Notes: generated from the sequence alone by a model not told the origin. DNA of 64,000 nucleotides from Antedon mediterranea (GCF_964355755.1 NC_092673.1:23123648-23187647), one strand, 5' to 3'; counted from the stretch's first letter, positions 11,060 to 23,436 are shown. Translations and numbers: made by a program.

Positions 11060-12820
11060 ATCGTGTGGGGATCTACACAAAACGAACATCATCCATCATC
11101 GTGTTTACTCCATCAATCTTTTCAAATAGTCGATGGACACGTTGATGATATGCCTCCGGCGCCATATTTAGACCAAATGGTAATCTGCGATAGACATATC
11201 TCCTGTATGGTGTGATGAAACATGTTAGTTTTGAACTTTCCTTGTCCAATTTAATTTGCCAGAAGCCTGATGAAGAATCTAGCTTGCTAAACACCTTTGC
11301 CCCTGCAAATTCTGCCATGATTTCTTCACGTGACGGCAACTTAAGATGTTCCCTTTTTATCGCTCGATTAAGACCTCTTGGGTCCAGGCAAACTCTAATG
11401 TCACCATTTTTTTTCTTGACAGTTACTAAGCTGCTGACCCAATCAGTTGGTTCCTCTTTCTTTCTTGACGTTTTCACGTAGTTTGAATGGAATTTTTCGA
11501 CCAGCATGTTGTACCGGTGCCACTGACGTATCCACATGTACTTTGTGTTCTGTTGGCATACACCCTAAGTTAATAAAACATTTTTATATTGGTCTAGTAT
11601 TCTGTGCGTATGTAGGTCATCCATATCAACATTCCATGCAGCTTTAATCAGTTGCAGTTGCTGGCATGCTTTAAGACCTAACACTGGTTGATGTTGCTTT
11701 GAAGAGCTGGCATCAATTGTGGTCACAAGGAACGAAAGCTTTGCATTACGTCCTTTGTACGCTACTTTAGTAGTACAGCTACCATCTATCGGTATAATGG
11801 TACCGGAGTATCCACTAATTTTTACATCAGATCTGTCAAGTGGAGGTTTATCTATCAGCTTTCTGTAGAAATTAGCAGGGAGGATATTTACCTGTGCTCC
11901 AGTATCTAATTTGAATGGCACTTCTACACCACCAATTGAAGAAATAGATCTTCTCCTAGATACTGTGGAACTAGAACTAAATACAGTGATTTGACTGATT
12001 TGGTTCGACAACACTTGGCCCAGTGGTTGAGACCATGACATTTATTACATTTTTTACCCCATGCTGGGCATGACTTTGGAGGATGTGTTGTACCACATCG
12101 TTGGCATTTTTTTTCATTGGTAGGTCTGTGTTTGTTGTTATGCCCGCCAGTTTTTTGTGACCTTCTATGTGACCTCACCATGTCTACGGGTTTTGTCGTT
12201 GCTCATTACACTGAGACTAGTTTGCGATGTTTCATGTGTCAGGCCAATTTGTATTGCTTTCGCCAGTGTCAGCTCATCACCTTCCTCTAGACGCCTTTCC
12301 TGCACTCGTGCATGCTTTGACCGCAGGACGATGGCGTCCCGTAACATTCTGTCTTCCTCTTTAAACCCGCATGCCTTAACCAGTACACGCATGTCTGTAA
12401 GAAAGTTGTTAAAGGTTTCTCCCATCTCTTTGAATTCTGTTGTTAAATTCAACAGTAGCTCGTATTTTGTTTCCTTTGGGCTTTGTATAAGCCTCAAATT
12501 AATTTTTTCTGCTGGCTGGGCAGGGACATCACCGTTTGCTGGAACAGCAGGTTTCCAAGTGTCTAGGACAGTCGCTTGTGAAGCAAGATACCGACTACTT
12601 TACCACGCACTAACTAAACTAGCCGTATCGTGATAGGCGGTTCAACCGTTCACCAGCACATGCCCACAACAGTAATCTAGCCTAGCACTTTTCTATCCTG
12701 AACGAATAACGTACGCCTCTTAGTTTCGCCTAGTTAATAATAGGATTATAAAACTTATCTTTAAACTACTGTATAACTTTAATGTATTCCAAGTATACGA
12801 TTGTATCACCATGTTATGTG
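11060..12820 (-). mobile_element. Ty3/Gypsy LTR retrotransposon remnant (gag, zinc knuckles, protease, RT N-half)
   Basis: gag LRDAIV...LTLAKAI; CQRCGTTH....CPAWGKKCNKCHGLNHWAKCC; protease FKLDTGAQVNIL; RT EPTDWVSSLVTVKKKNGDIRVCLDPR.LN.AIKREH, FSKLDSSSGFWQI, RLPFGL, MMDD; probable LTR-end/PBS ...AACA|TGGTG near 12812. Confidence 0.9.
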
Positions 12821-13367
12821 TCTTATCAAGAGCTATACTAGTTTTATCAATTAATATCATTACAGTGATGGTGATGACGCTCCATTTGTTGCCAGTCAAT
12901 GGAGACTGTGGTTGGTCTTTGCGCTTGTCCGGGTACCTGGGTCTCCGGGGAGCGGTATCACGTATTAAATGTTGTGCTCCTTCAAAGCAAATTTATTAGC
13001 GCCTACTGTACAAACCAGAGAAAGAGCACAATTAAAAAACAGTGGAATAACAATAATGTTTACATGTTTACAACTAAGGTAGGCTTAAACAAAATTGCAA
13101 CACCACCCCCCTGTTTTATCCACCCTAGGGACTATACAACAATACAAACCACCAATCACATATAATAAACAAAACAACAGCAATACAAGGAGTATCCAAC
13201 AATTCAATTTCAACAAGGTACAGTAGTATCCAATAAGGTATAATGTCCAATTAGTTAGGGAATATCTTGATTTTCTGTGAAAAAATTTATTAACAAAGGT
13301 TTTTTTGCAGATTCATACACCAAAAAATTCCTCCAGACATTAGGGGATGGGGAAAATGGTTAAATCT

Positions 13368-13725
13368 GACCTTTGACCTTACAATTCCTGTGACACTATC
13401 TCAGTAACCATTGGCCTGAGAGATTTAGTTTTTGCACCAAAATGTTTCTTATATACATATTTATATTTCCTATAATGAAATATTTTTTCAAAAATCCATT
13501 AGAAATGGTGGAAAATGACCTTTGACCTTTTAAGGTATAAAACATGTGTATCTCAGCAACCGTTGGTCCGAGAGACTTAATTTTTGCACCAAAATGTTCC
13601 TTATATACATATTTATATTTCCTATCATGAAGTTTTTTTTCAAAAATCCATTAGAAATGGTGGAAATCTACCTTTGACCATATAAGGCATATAACATGTG
13701 TATCTCGGCGATCCTTGGTCCTAGA
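13368..13725. repeat. Academ subterminal ~150-bp tandem units (about 2.4 copies)
   Basis: Repeated GACCTTTGACC...TATCTCAG.AACC.TTGG..GAGAGA.TT..TTTTTGCACCAAAATG...TCAAAAATCCATTAGAAATGGTGGAAA. Confidence 0.8.
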
Positions 13726-13861
13726 AAATCATAACCTTAGTCATGAAGTTGTAATTCTGAAGAAGTAGAGACTTTATTACAAGATATGAATATGCTTTAC
13801 TTATTAACCAAAAAGCTTTATTCAATGCTGAAAAACATTTATCCCAATCAAATATTTCAAT

Positions 13862-14891
13862 ATCTCCTGACCTCACATATTTCGTTCTTGATAATGTATC
13901 CCTATTCCAAAAAGTTAATTATGTCTCCTGACCTCACATATTTCGTTCTTGTATATAATGTATCCCTATCCCAAAAAGTGAATTATGTCTCCTGACCTCA
14001 CATATTTAGTTCTTGTATATAATTTACCCCTACAGTACCCCAAAAAGTTAATTATGTCTCCTGACCTCATATATTTCGTTCTTGTATATAATTTATCCCT
14101 ATCTCAAAAAGTCAATTATGTCTCCTGACCTCACATATTTCATTCTTGTATATAATTTATCCCTACCCCAAAAAGTTAATTATGTCTCCTGACCTCACAT
14201 ATTTCATTCTTGTATATAATGTTTCCCTATCCCAAAAAGTTAATTATGTCTCCTGACCTCACATATTTTGTTCTTGTATATAATTTATCCCTATCTCAAA
14301 AAGTTAATTATGTCTCCTGACCTCACATATTTCATTCTTGTATATAATGTTTCCCTATCCCAAAAAGTTAATTATGTCTCCTGACCTCACATATTTTGTT
14401 CTTGTATATAATTTATCCCTATCTCAAAAAGTTAATTATGTCTCCTGACCTCACATATTTCGTTCTTGTAAATTTATCCCTATCCCAAAAAGTCAATTAT
14501 GTCTCCTGACCTCACATATTTCGTTCTTGTATATAATTTATCCCTATCCCAAAAAGTCAATTATGTCTCCTGATCTCACATATTTTGTTCTTGTATATAA
14601 TTTATCCCTATCTCAAAAAGTTAATTATGTCTCCTGACCTCATATATTTCGTTCTTGTATATAATTTATTCCTATCCCAAAAAGTTAATTATGTCTCCTG
14701 ACCTCACATATTTTGTTCTTGTATATAATTTATCCCTATCCCAAAAAGTCAATTATGTCTCCTGACCTCACATATTTCATTCTTGTATATAATGTATCCC
14801 TATCCCAAAAAGTTAATTATGTCTCCTGACCTCATATTTCGTTCTTCTATATAATGTATCCCTATTCCAAAAAGTTAATTATGTCTCCTGA
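13862..14891. repeat. Minisatellite, 64-bp unit, about 16 copies
   Basis: Unit ATGTCTCCTGACCTCACATATTTCGTTCTTGTATATAATTTATCCCTATCCCAAAAAGTTAATT recurs at 13921, 13985, 14054, 14118, 14182, 14246, 14310 ... 14819, 14881. Confidence 0.97.
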
Positions 14892-17800
14892 TGTTCTCTT
14901 TAATGATCTAAATCAGATTCTTCAGAATCTTCACATTTCTTTTGACCATTTGAACACAGTCCATTACACTTCCTACAGCATCAATAACAATAACATTTGT
15001 GTTTGTGAATGTTGTTTAGTGGATCCACTACTGGGAGGCAACTTGTCTGGTATTATTTTGCCTTTCACAGCTTGCTTGGAATAACATCTGTATCTTGCTG
15101 TACTGAGCTTAATGTTCCAAAAATGGAAGATGTAGTATCACAACCTGACCATGCATATGTGAAAAGAAACTTTTCGGCATTTTCAATTTTGTTTTGAAGA
15201 CTTTTCACTAAATACATTTCATTCGATGTTTTCAAAACTATATTGTCGTATTTACTGTGGTACACTAGCACAATAAAACAAGAACATCAGTGTCATCTGC
15301 AACTACCATGATATTTTTCCCATTAGGTACTCTGGTCTCAACTGCAACTTTTACTATTTTTGTGTCAGCATCTTCTTTTGTTTACTGTTCTGACAGATTA
15401 GGTCACCTCTGATGTCGATTACTCTACATGAACTTTTACCTTTCATTCTTCTGAAATGCTCATGGTCTTTGGTTGTAGGTATTGATGGATAACCATCAAA
15501 CATTATAACACAGTTACAGTATCTTTTTCTTATGTAGCTCAGATAGTTGTGACAAATGTGGCTGTACGAATAATTCAATTCCCATGGAACTTGATGTAAG
15601 AGCCATCCTCCATCAATGATAGTTGCTCCTATGTTCAGACTTTCTGAATTTACAACATTTGTATCTTTCATGCTACGTCCAAATGCTGCTTTGTCCACTT
15701 TCCTCATAGTTCTGTCAATAAGAAATAATGCGGTAGGCACAGGAGTGAGTTCTTACTTGAATAAGTCTTCATTTATTCCATCACGTTCTGCTAGTAATGC
15801 TAGACGAGTGAACATAATGGTTTTTTCAACGTGGATCTTTTTGCTATCAACTTTGATGGGCATTTCTAGAGAACTCAATGGTTTTAATTGCTTGGATTTG
15901 GACATTGTATCATTGTATGTTTTGTCATCCATAGATTTCTGTATCGCTGTTCCAATTGAGTATGCTCGTTCACAGTTAACTTCATTCATATCTGTTGTTG
16001 TTAATCCAGTCGATAAAGACTTGATGCATTCATTATCCTCACATCTCTCAAAGGGGTTATGCCCTCTAAACCACTCTACAAAACACTTAAATGTTTCAAA
16101 GTCCTTCTTCATACGAGATTCCCCACATTCTGTATGAACGGTTTTCATGTCATTTATGCCAAGTCTTGAATCGAACAACGTACGCAATTCCGATAGATAT
16201 GAAAGAGTCCACACCCACAAGACATCAGCTGACCCAGTATTCCTCATGCGTCCATGAATGAGACCGCCAGAAGATTTAGAAAACCTCATTAATGTCTGTT
16301 CAATTGTCAGGTCAGACCATACTCCTCCATACTTATTTTCTGAATATCGTGTGGTGTGGTAACCATCTTCAAACTTCTTATACAATGTATGATGATCTGC
16401 GTTTAGTTGTAACATCTGCTGCAAATACAACCGACTGCATTTTGCATATTTTGTATGCCCCGCTGCAGCAAAAATTGGTAGCATTGCTCTAACTGTGGCA
16501 AGGTGCAAATTCCAGTCACTTAGTCTTTCTGCCTTAATGAAATGCATAATTGTAGTAATCATGTTGTGGTACTGGACCCATAACTGGCCTGTTCTTGAAG
16601 ATGAAACCTCTGAAATTTTAATTTTCATGAGATCTGGATCAGTAACTGCAACTGGGATGCTACTTTTATTATCATCATTGAGCATTTGATACATTAATGC
16701 TGCATCAGTGAGGAAATGGGCTCACAGTGCCTTTGAGTATGCACCTCCAGATAACACATGCTTTGTTGTTACTTGTCCATATTCGATTCCAAGAATTTCA
16801 TCTACTGTAAGCCAGATCCCTTCATTATGTTACCGATACATCCAAGATAGCTCTTTAACATATGGAATCCACCTAATCTTAGGACGACTGGAAGATTCTT
16901 TTCCTGTTGTATCTGACATGCTTTTATATAGAGGGGTTGGTCAAATGTGACCACTGCAGGTAGTGTGTGTGATACAGAAAGTCAAAGTACTGAAGATGGT
17001 CGATAACTCATTAGGGTTACTGTTGATGATTGGCAAATATCTGATAGTTTACTTCTCAGTAGTTCCTTGGTATTGTGTATGCATGTAAACAGACCTACCA
17101 GTTCTGGAAGAACATATGATATCATTATACGGTTTAAACTTTTATGATAACAACCCATGGAACTCTTTTGGACAACTACTGTAGGTTGCTGCTGCTTTTA
17201 TCCCTACTTTTGATATGACATTGGTACTCTCTTAGAGTTGTTCATTTTTTGAACACTTTGGTTTTCTGGAGTGACGATTTCGATTAACCCCATTGCATGG
17301 AACCCAACATGTCCATTCAGTGTAATGTCATGGTCAATATTATCACCAACAAACTGTTGCAATCTGTTCTCTTCTAAAGGTGTTCCACCATCACTGCTGT
17401 TAGTTTCACCCTCAGCATAAGTGTTTAAGTAGGTGTACTTATAATTTGACATTTCGCTATAACTCGAACAGTACCCAAGTTTATGTAGCACATTTACCAG
17501 CCATTTCGAAGCAAACCTGTGGTCTATTACAAGTGCTAATCCTAAATGAATAGGCACCTTGCAGGTTGGCCCTGAGGCGTTAACTATATTTTGTCCCACT
17601 AGGCCTAGCACAAAGACAATACTCTTGATCAAATCACATTCTAGAAACTTCATATAGGCCGGCCCAGGCCGATTTTGTCTAACTAGTAAATAATAATGAC
17701 ATCCCACATGAATTTACTTTCCACTAGGCCTAGACCTCGGAAGTCCAACACAGTTTATTAATTATGGCAAACAATGAAGCCTACCTATATCACTATATCA

Positions 17801-18445
17801 ATTGTTTATTTATTTATGCTATCACTACAATGTTATAGTAAAATGCGTAATTAACCTATATCAAGTAAACAAATATTTGTTTAATTTAATAAGCTAAATT
17901 TGATACTAAATAAAATGAGGTACATTTAAAATTCACAATGTTATTAAAAGAATAACAGACGTATCTCTAATGTGACAACAAATGACCTTTGACCTCAAAA
18001 TTACCCCCTTTCCCCAGCTCAAAATTCACGGAGGAATTTTTTGGGATAACTTGGGATGCAAGCCATTAGAACATGAATCCACTGAAAAACCTTTGTTAAT
18101 AATTATTTCACAGATTGGCATTGGTATGGTATTACTTAAAAATGCTCTCTTCTAGCCAAGCCTAGCTTACTTATAGTACCTGGCTATGCAGATTTGATAC
18201 AGGTGGATCGAAAACAATAGAACAGGAACAAAAGAAAAAACTTCTTAATTAAAACAAAAAGTACATAATTTAACGTGGATAGTGGAAATTGCAGCAGATT
18301 TGCAAAATGCTTGCTACAAAAGTGACTTGTGAAGTTAAAAAAAAACAGTGTTTCAGCGGTTAAATGAGCATTCTACTGCTAGCTGGAATCAAATATATAT
18401 TCGCTAGTGGTAATAATCGTTTTTCTTTCATTAATTTTGTTTCAG

Positions 18446-19100
18446 ATGGAAAGAAATCAAACCAGGTGTTTTTCGTAGTGTCTTGGCTGGTGGCGTCTGG
18501 ACGTTGACACAAACCAATGAAGGCGACGTACTATATGAAGTTAACCGACCAGAAACACCAAAACACAAACTGTCTAACAAATGCAGAGTTACCACACATG
18601 CAACAACAAAGACCAAATTTCAACTTACGGATGAAGACATTCTTAAAGATTACTTTCAATTAAACACCTCGTTAAAAGATTTATACGATCAATGGTCCAA
18701 AGCTGATTCAAACTTTTCAAAGATTGCTTCAAAGTTTGTTGGCGTCAGAACACTACGCATAGACCCAACAGAAAACCTAATTTCATTTATTTGTTCATCA
18801 AACAACAACATCTCTCGCATTACTGGTATGGTTGAAGCAATGTGCACCAATTATGGAGACATGCTGATGGAAATGGATGGCGAAAAGTGGTATTCTTTTC
18901 CAGATGCAGCCTGCCTTACTGGGCCAGATGTTGAAACGAAGCTTAGGAAGCTAGGATTTGGATACAGAGCTGGTTACATCAGCAGCTCAGCTGATTTCAT
19001 AATGCAGAATGGCGGAACTGAATGGGTGAAATCTTTAAGAAACGTTACGTATGCTGAAGCTAAGGAATCACTATTGAAACTTAAGGGCGTCGGACCAAAG
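18446..19100 (+). CDS. OGG1: OGG1 8-oxoguanine DNA glycosylase/lyase, internal exon (OGG_N plus HhH-GPD)
   Basis: ttcag|A TGG (R-W) phase-2 acceptor; VWTLTQ, DYFQL, LYDQWSKAD, GVRTLRIDPTENLISFICSSNNNISRITGMV, LRKLGFGYRA, LKGVGPK|gt. Confidence 0.95.
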
Positions 19101-19227
19101 GTTAATTATAATTGTTTTCATCAATGTTACGTATGCTTCAGAATCTGTTAGCTAAAATTTAGATTGCACATACTTCGATTTTCCAATCAATTTGATTGTT
19201 GTTTATACTTTTAATCCTTTATTACAG

Positions 19228-19422
19228 GTAGCAGATTGTGTGTGTTTGTTTTCATTGGACAAAACTGAAGCTATCCCGGTTGATACACATGTATGGCAGA
19301 TTACTGCACGCGACTACATGCCGAAGTTGACGAAAACAAAATCATTAACAGCCAAAGTCTATCAGGAAATAGGGAACTGTTACCGGCAGCTGTTTGGACA
19401 ATATGCAGGATGGGCGCACTCT
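19228..19422 (+). CDS. OGG1: OGG1 exon
   Basis: ttacag|VADCVCLFSLDKTEAIPVDTHVWQITARDY...FGQYAGWAHS|gtaaat; carries the catalytic Asp motif PVD. Confidence 0.95.
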
Positions 19423-19620
19423 GTAAATAATCTTTAAATTATTTTCCATGCAACATTATTGTGATTTCTCAACTTTTAGTCCCCCAAAAATATGAATACT
19501 AAACACCACATTATACAGATACTAACATGTGACTTACTAGCTTAAATTGAGTACTATTGTTTGCGGTACTTGCTTTGTATCACAAGTTAAAATTCTATTC
19601 ATTTGTTCATTATTTTTTAG

Positions 19621-19671
19621 GTTCTTTTCAGTGCTGATCTTCGAAAATTCAAAGAACTTCAAGAAAAACAG
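19621..19671 (+). CDS. OGG1: OGG1 exon
   Basis: ttttag|VLFSADLRKFKELQEKQ|gtaaat; VLFSADL is conserved in OGG1. Confidence 0.9.
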
Positions 19672-19949
19672 GTAAATGCAATTACATTGTTTAACACAGT
19701 TTCCTAGAAAAATCAAGTACAGTACTATTATAGCGCCCTCTTCCACTATGTGGAATAAATGCAAATAAAGAGAGGGCAGCACTCAAAAAAGTTTAATTCT
19801 GCAGAATTTTAAAAGGTAATAGAACTTTCCTTTTGGCAATCTAAGGAGTGTGCTGTAGGATGCCCTAGTATAATCTGAAATATCTTGCCTATAATCCAAT
19901 TTTGATCAACTATATTTTATTTATAAATTATTGCTTTTTCTCATGGAAG

Positions 19950-20084
19950 CATGAACCTGGATTAGAAATTAAGAGAGAACATGGTTCAACTACTGAAAAG
20001 CAGAAAAATCGTAAAAGGCAGGCAAGAAAATTGGTAAAAACCGAGAAAGAAGTAGCAAAGAGAATCAAAACCGAGATAGAATAA
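19950..20084 (+). CDS. OGG1: Probable OGG1 terminal exon (basic, NLS-like tail)
   Basis: Pyrimidine tract ...ggaag|HEPGLEIK...KNRKRQARK...KRIKTEIE*; phase 0 fits the previous exon, but the acceptor is weak. Confidence 0.6.
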   Translation, partial: HEPGLEIKREHGSTTEKQKNRKRQARKLVKTEKEVAKRIKTEIE

Positions 20085-20840
20085 AGGGAAATATTTTGAC
20101 AGAAAAAACTGAAAATTAAAAACTAAATATAGAAAATGATTTCCTTTGGGATAATCTGGATTGATGAAGGAAATGGGGAAACAGGAAAAAGGGAAGTCAT
20201 TGAGGTTCAAGCCAGACCAGGAATTTTGTTGTTATTACTAATTTGAGTGACAGGATGCTTGCTTTAAAGGATCTCTTCCGATTTAAATGTTGGTCAAGTG
20301 TGTTGCTTTCCTGAACACTGCTTTATTTATACTGGAAATAGCCATTTGTGATAACATATCAAAAATGGAAGACGTGGTTTTTAATATTAGGTAGATAATC
20401 AAAATAGTTGATCCTTTTTATTATGTAATGTTTAATAACACATTTATTCACTACTGGTATGAACAGTAACAAAATAACAAACAAAAATAAAAAATAAACA
20501 GACTTTTTAATCAAGTAATTAAAATATTAAGATTATTTTAATATCATTTTAAATCATGAGATAATTTTACTTGTTATTGCTACTTTGTTGTTTAATAAAT
20601 AAACCTTTATAAGCAGATATTTTAATATATTTTATTTAATTCATGGGGTTCCAAATCACTTTACGTAATTGTACAACTTTTCATCATAATTAATTTCTCC
20701 TTGGCACTCCATGCATATTCTCACTGAAGATTTGAGGTAGATAACCAAAATAAGGTAAAATCATATTCTAAGCTTCACACAATATTTGCATTGCACTAGG
20801 CCTACTTCCTCTAAAATGTCCCGGCATGATGATAACAAAG

Positions 20841-21662
20841 TTCCAAGTCACTCGATCTTTGTCCCCATTGGTCAATTTCGGTCATGGTGAGATATACGCA
20901 TCACGCCGTGGTGCAGGTATGGAGAGCTGTCGTTCGAAATCAGTGTCTTCGACGAGTCTTTCAACAATTTAAAAATCATCTGCTGTTTCCTTTGGTTCCT
21001 TCTTTTTAGACTTCTTTTCTTTATTCTTGAACTTCTCTTTTTTCGAGCTTCGTCGGTCAATGTTATTTTTCAAAATACACTGTATGTCACTCGTCATTGG
21101 TTGATTAATCAAAATATAATCCTGTTTTACTGTAATACCTTATAGATCAAGATATACAACAATTAAACATAGGAAAATTCTACATTTCATAATTTAATTA
21201 GGCCTACCTCAATTTTAAAAGACATTATATCAGCTGAACATGAATTCAAAAGTATTTTTTCTGGGCTGAATAAAATCTGTTGACTTAGGGGACATTTTGT
21301 GGTTGATGTAATGAAGCATGTAATAATCTTCTACAGCGTGTTGCCTTCCTGGTTTCTGCCTGAAGCAAACTTTTTTTTGTTGGTTTTCCGGGCAGCTTTT
21401 GAAACCACTTTGAGGGGTTCCAAGTCACTCGATCGTTGTCCCCATTGGTCGATTTCGGTCATTGTAAGATACGCATCACGCCGTGAGCTGTGGTATGATG
21501 TCAGTGTCTTCGAAACAAATTAGTCTATCAGTGGTTTCAAAATCCTCTGGTTCTCTCTTTGATTCCTTCTTGAACTTGTTCTATTATTTCTTTTTTCTTC
21601 GAATTATTAATATTATTTTCCAAGATACATTGGATATCACTCGTCATAGGTTGATTAATCAA
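20841..21662. repeat. Diverged local direct duplication (20841-21110 vs 21419-21662)
   Basis: Shared TTCCAAGTCACTCGATC.TTGTCCCCATTGGTC.ATTTCGGTCAT, ACGCATCACGCCGTG, TCAGTGTCTTCGA, TCACTCGTCAT.GGTTGATTAATCAA. Confidence 0.85.
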
Positions 21663-23436
21663 CGTCGTCCTGTCTGGTCGAAGACTTTGTAGAAAACTTG
21701 TCGTTCGTTCATCAGAAGCTTCTTGGCATTGTTCGTCCTCGCTCACATTCCTTCCAGAAAGACTAGAGGTACGTAGTTGTTGGAGAAGACTACAGTAGTC
21801 TTCCCGGATGGATTTGCAATTTCCAGGAGACTCCTCTCTCCCTGTCTCTTTTTTGGCTTCCGCTGGTTTTTCTTCTTGTTGTCTTTTTCATTTGCCCTGA
21901 TGTCTGATGACTCATTTCTCTCTTTAAGTTAAGAAGAAAACAAAAACTGTACAAGGTAAATCAAACAACATATATAAATGTGAAATTCACGAATGATGTT
22001 ACTGACAATATTTGATGGTTGACAAAGAAACGACACCTACCTGTTGGTGTTTGAGAACGTGACGCCAATCTTTCGCTCCCAGAATCACCACGAATTCTTG
22101 AAGAATTTAATAATAACGAATATAAATAATTAGGGCCTATATGACTTCAAGACAAATAAATAATAAAAATGTATTCGTCTTAAAAATAATTAAAAATATC
22201 TTTTAAGATTTCTATGTAAAACGACTGTAATTTTTACAAAACGTTAACTAGTTTATTCTTAATAATTTACAGTATCCTATAATTATTGACTTAGCAAAAA
22301 ACGACAATGAAATCTAACAAAATGAAACCGTAAGAATTTTTCCGGTTCCGATAAAGTTCAATATCAATTTAGAAAATAATGTGTTGCCTGTTGCAATGCG
22401 CATTGTCATGGCACATTAGCTACACACATTGTTTGCGCCCGCTCGCATTTCTCCCAAACCCGCCCGCCCGTGTTTCCAAAAATTATAGATTTTTTTATAG
22501 TTTAAAATGCATATGCAAAATGTTTATTTCTTATTTGTCATTATTTAATAAAATAAATACTATACTTCACGTGGTTTGTGTTAAACCGGATTTGAAACGG
22601 CAGGGGGTGGGGCGGTTATACAAATTACCACTAACAATAATTATTGCTTGAGATTGGAAAACGCCTTACGTTGCGTAAATGTCTTTGAGTTGTGTCTACT
22701 GGGAACCAAGCTTTATTGAGGTACGGCAATGTACATCATAATGTTATCTTATTACGGATGTGAATATTAATACTTTTAGATGGTCAAGGCCGCTCAAGTT
22801 TGCCCAATTTAGTTTTTTTTGTCAATCACTCATTAATGAAATGTAATTGGACCGGCTACATTAAACATATTTTTAAAAAGAGTAAAACGTTCACATTAAG
22901 TACCGTATCCTGAGATAAAAACGCGTTTTATTGTACTTTTAGTCACTCCCATTGTTTTGAAATGTCTGGTTCATTAAAAAAAAACATAATTAACTTATAT
23001 TTTTACGTAAACAATCGATTAGCAAACGTTATTCTTATATTTTATCGGTCAATAAACACGTGATCGGCAATGTCGTGCTTAAAACACTTACTTTCGGTCA
23101 TAGGACAAAATCTGGGATCTGTACGTAAACAATGCCATTATTAAACTATCGATTAGCAAAACTTATGCTGATATTCTACTTTCGACGCGTTTAATACATG
23201 TGATCTGCATGTGCTTAAACCCTTCATGTGTCCGTAATCAGACGAAATCTTGAGGGCCTAGGCCTATAACACATGGATATTTCCCTCTATTTATTATGAA
23301 GTTACGGCTACTACTTCCGTTCCAATCAGGATTTAAATTAACGTTAAATTCAGTAGCATGTAAAGGATCTACAGTACATTAGCATAGTATTTTGAAAGTG
23401 CCACAAATTCTGTTATCGGTTGGTAATAGGAATTTA

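Larger units (their letters stand above)
13252..18154 (-). mobile_element. Academ (AcademX) DNA transposon, near full span, pseudogenised (coding about 14900-17600)
   Basis: Motifs GYCSSY.E, FVGDNID...FHAMG, FIKAERLSDWNLHL..MLPIFAAAGHTKYAKCSRLYLQQM, VWSDLTIEQTLMR, IIDGGWLLH, MFDGY, ADDTDVLVLL, YAWSGCDTTSSIFG, LPPS. Inverted subterminal blocks CTGTGAAA.AATT.ATTAACAAAGGTTTTT at about 13276 and 18086-18113. Exact termini and TSD are uncertain. Confidence 0.82.

Noticed and set aside
13862-14891. CRISPR-like regular array
   Set aside because: Units are contiguous near-identical 64-mers with no unique spacers, in a eukaryotic context without cas genes; it is a minisatellite.
15616-16137. 173-aa plus-strand ORF
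   Set aside because: Antisense shadow of the Academ coding region.
13249-18157. TSD for the large Academ element
   Set aside because: Candidate TAG..CTA tips have non-matching flanks (AAT vs GCC), so exact ends and TSD are not claimed.
18307-18363. Short ORF MLATKVTCEVKKKQCFSG as OGG1 exon 1
   Set aside because: No GT/GC donor in the phase needed to join 18446, and little similarity beyond QCF.
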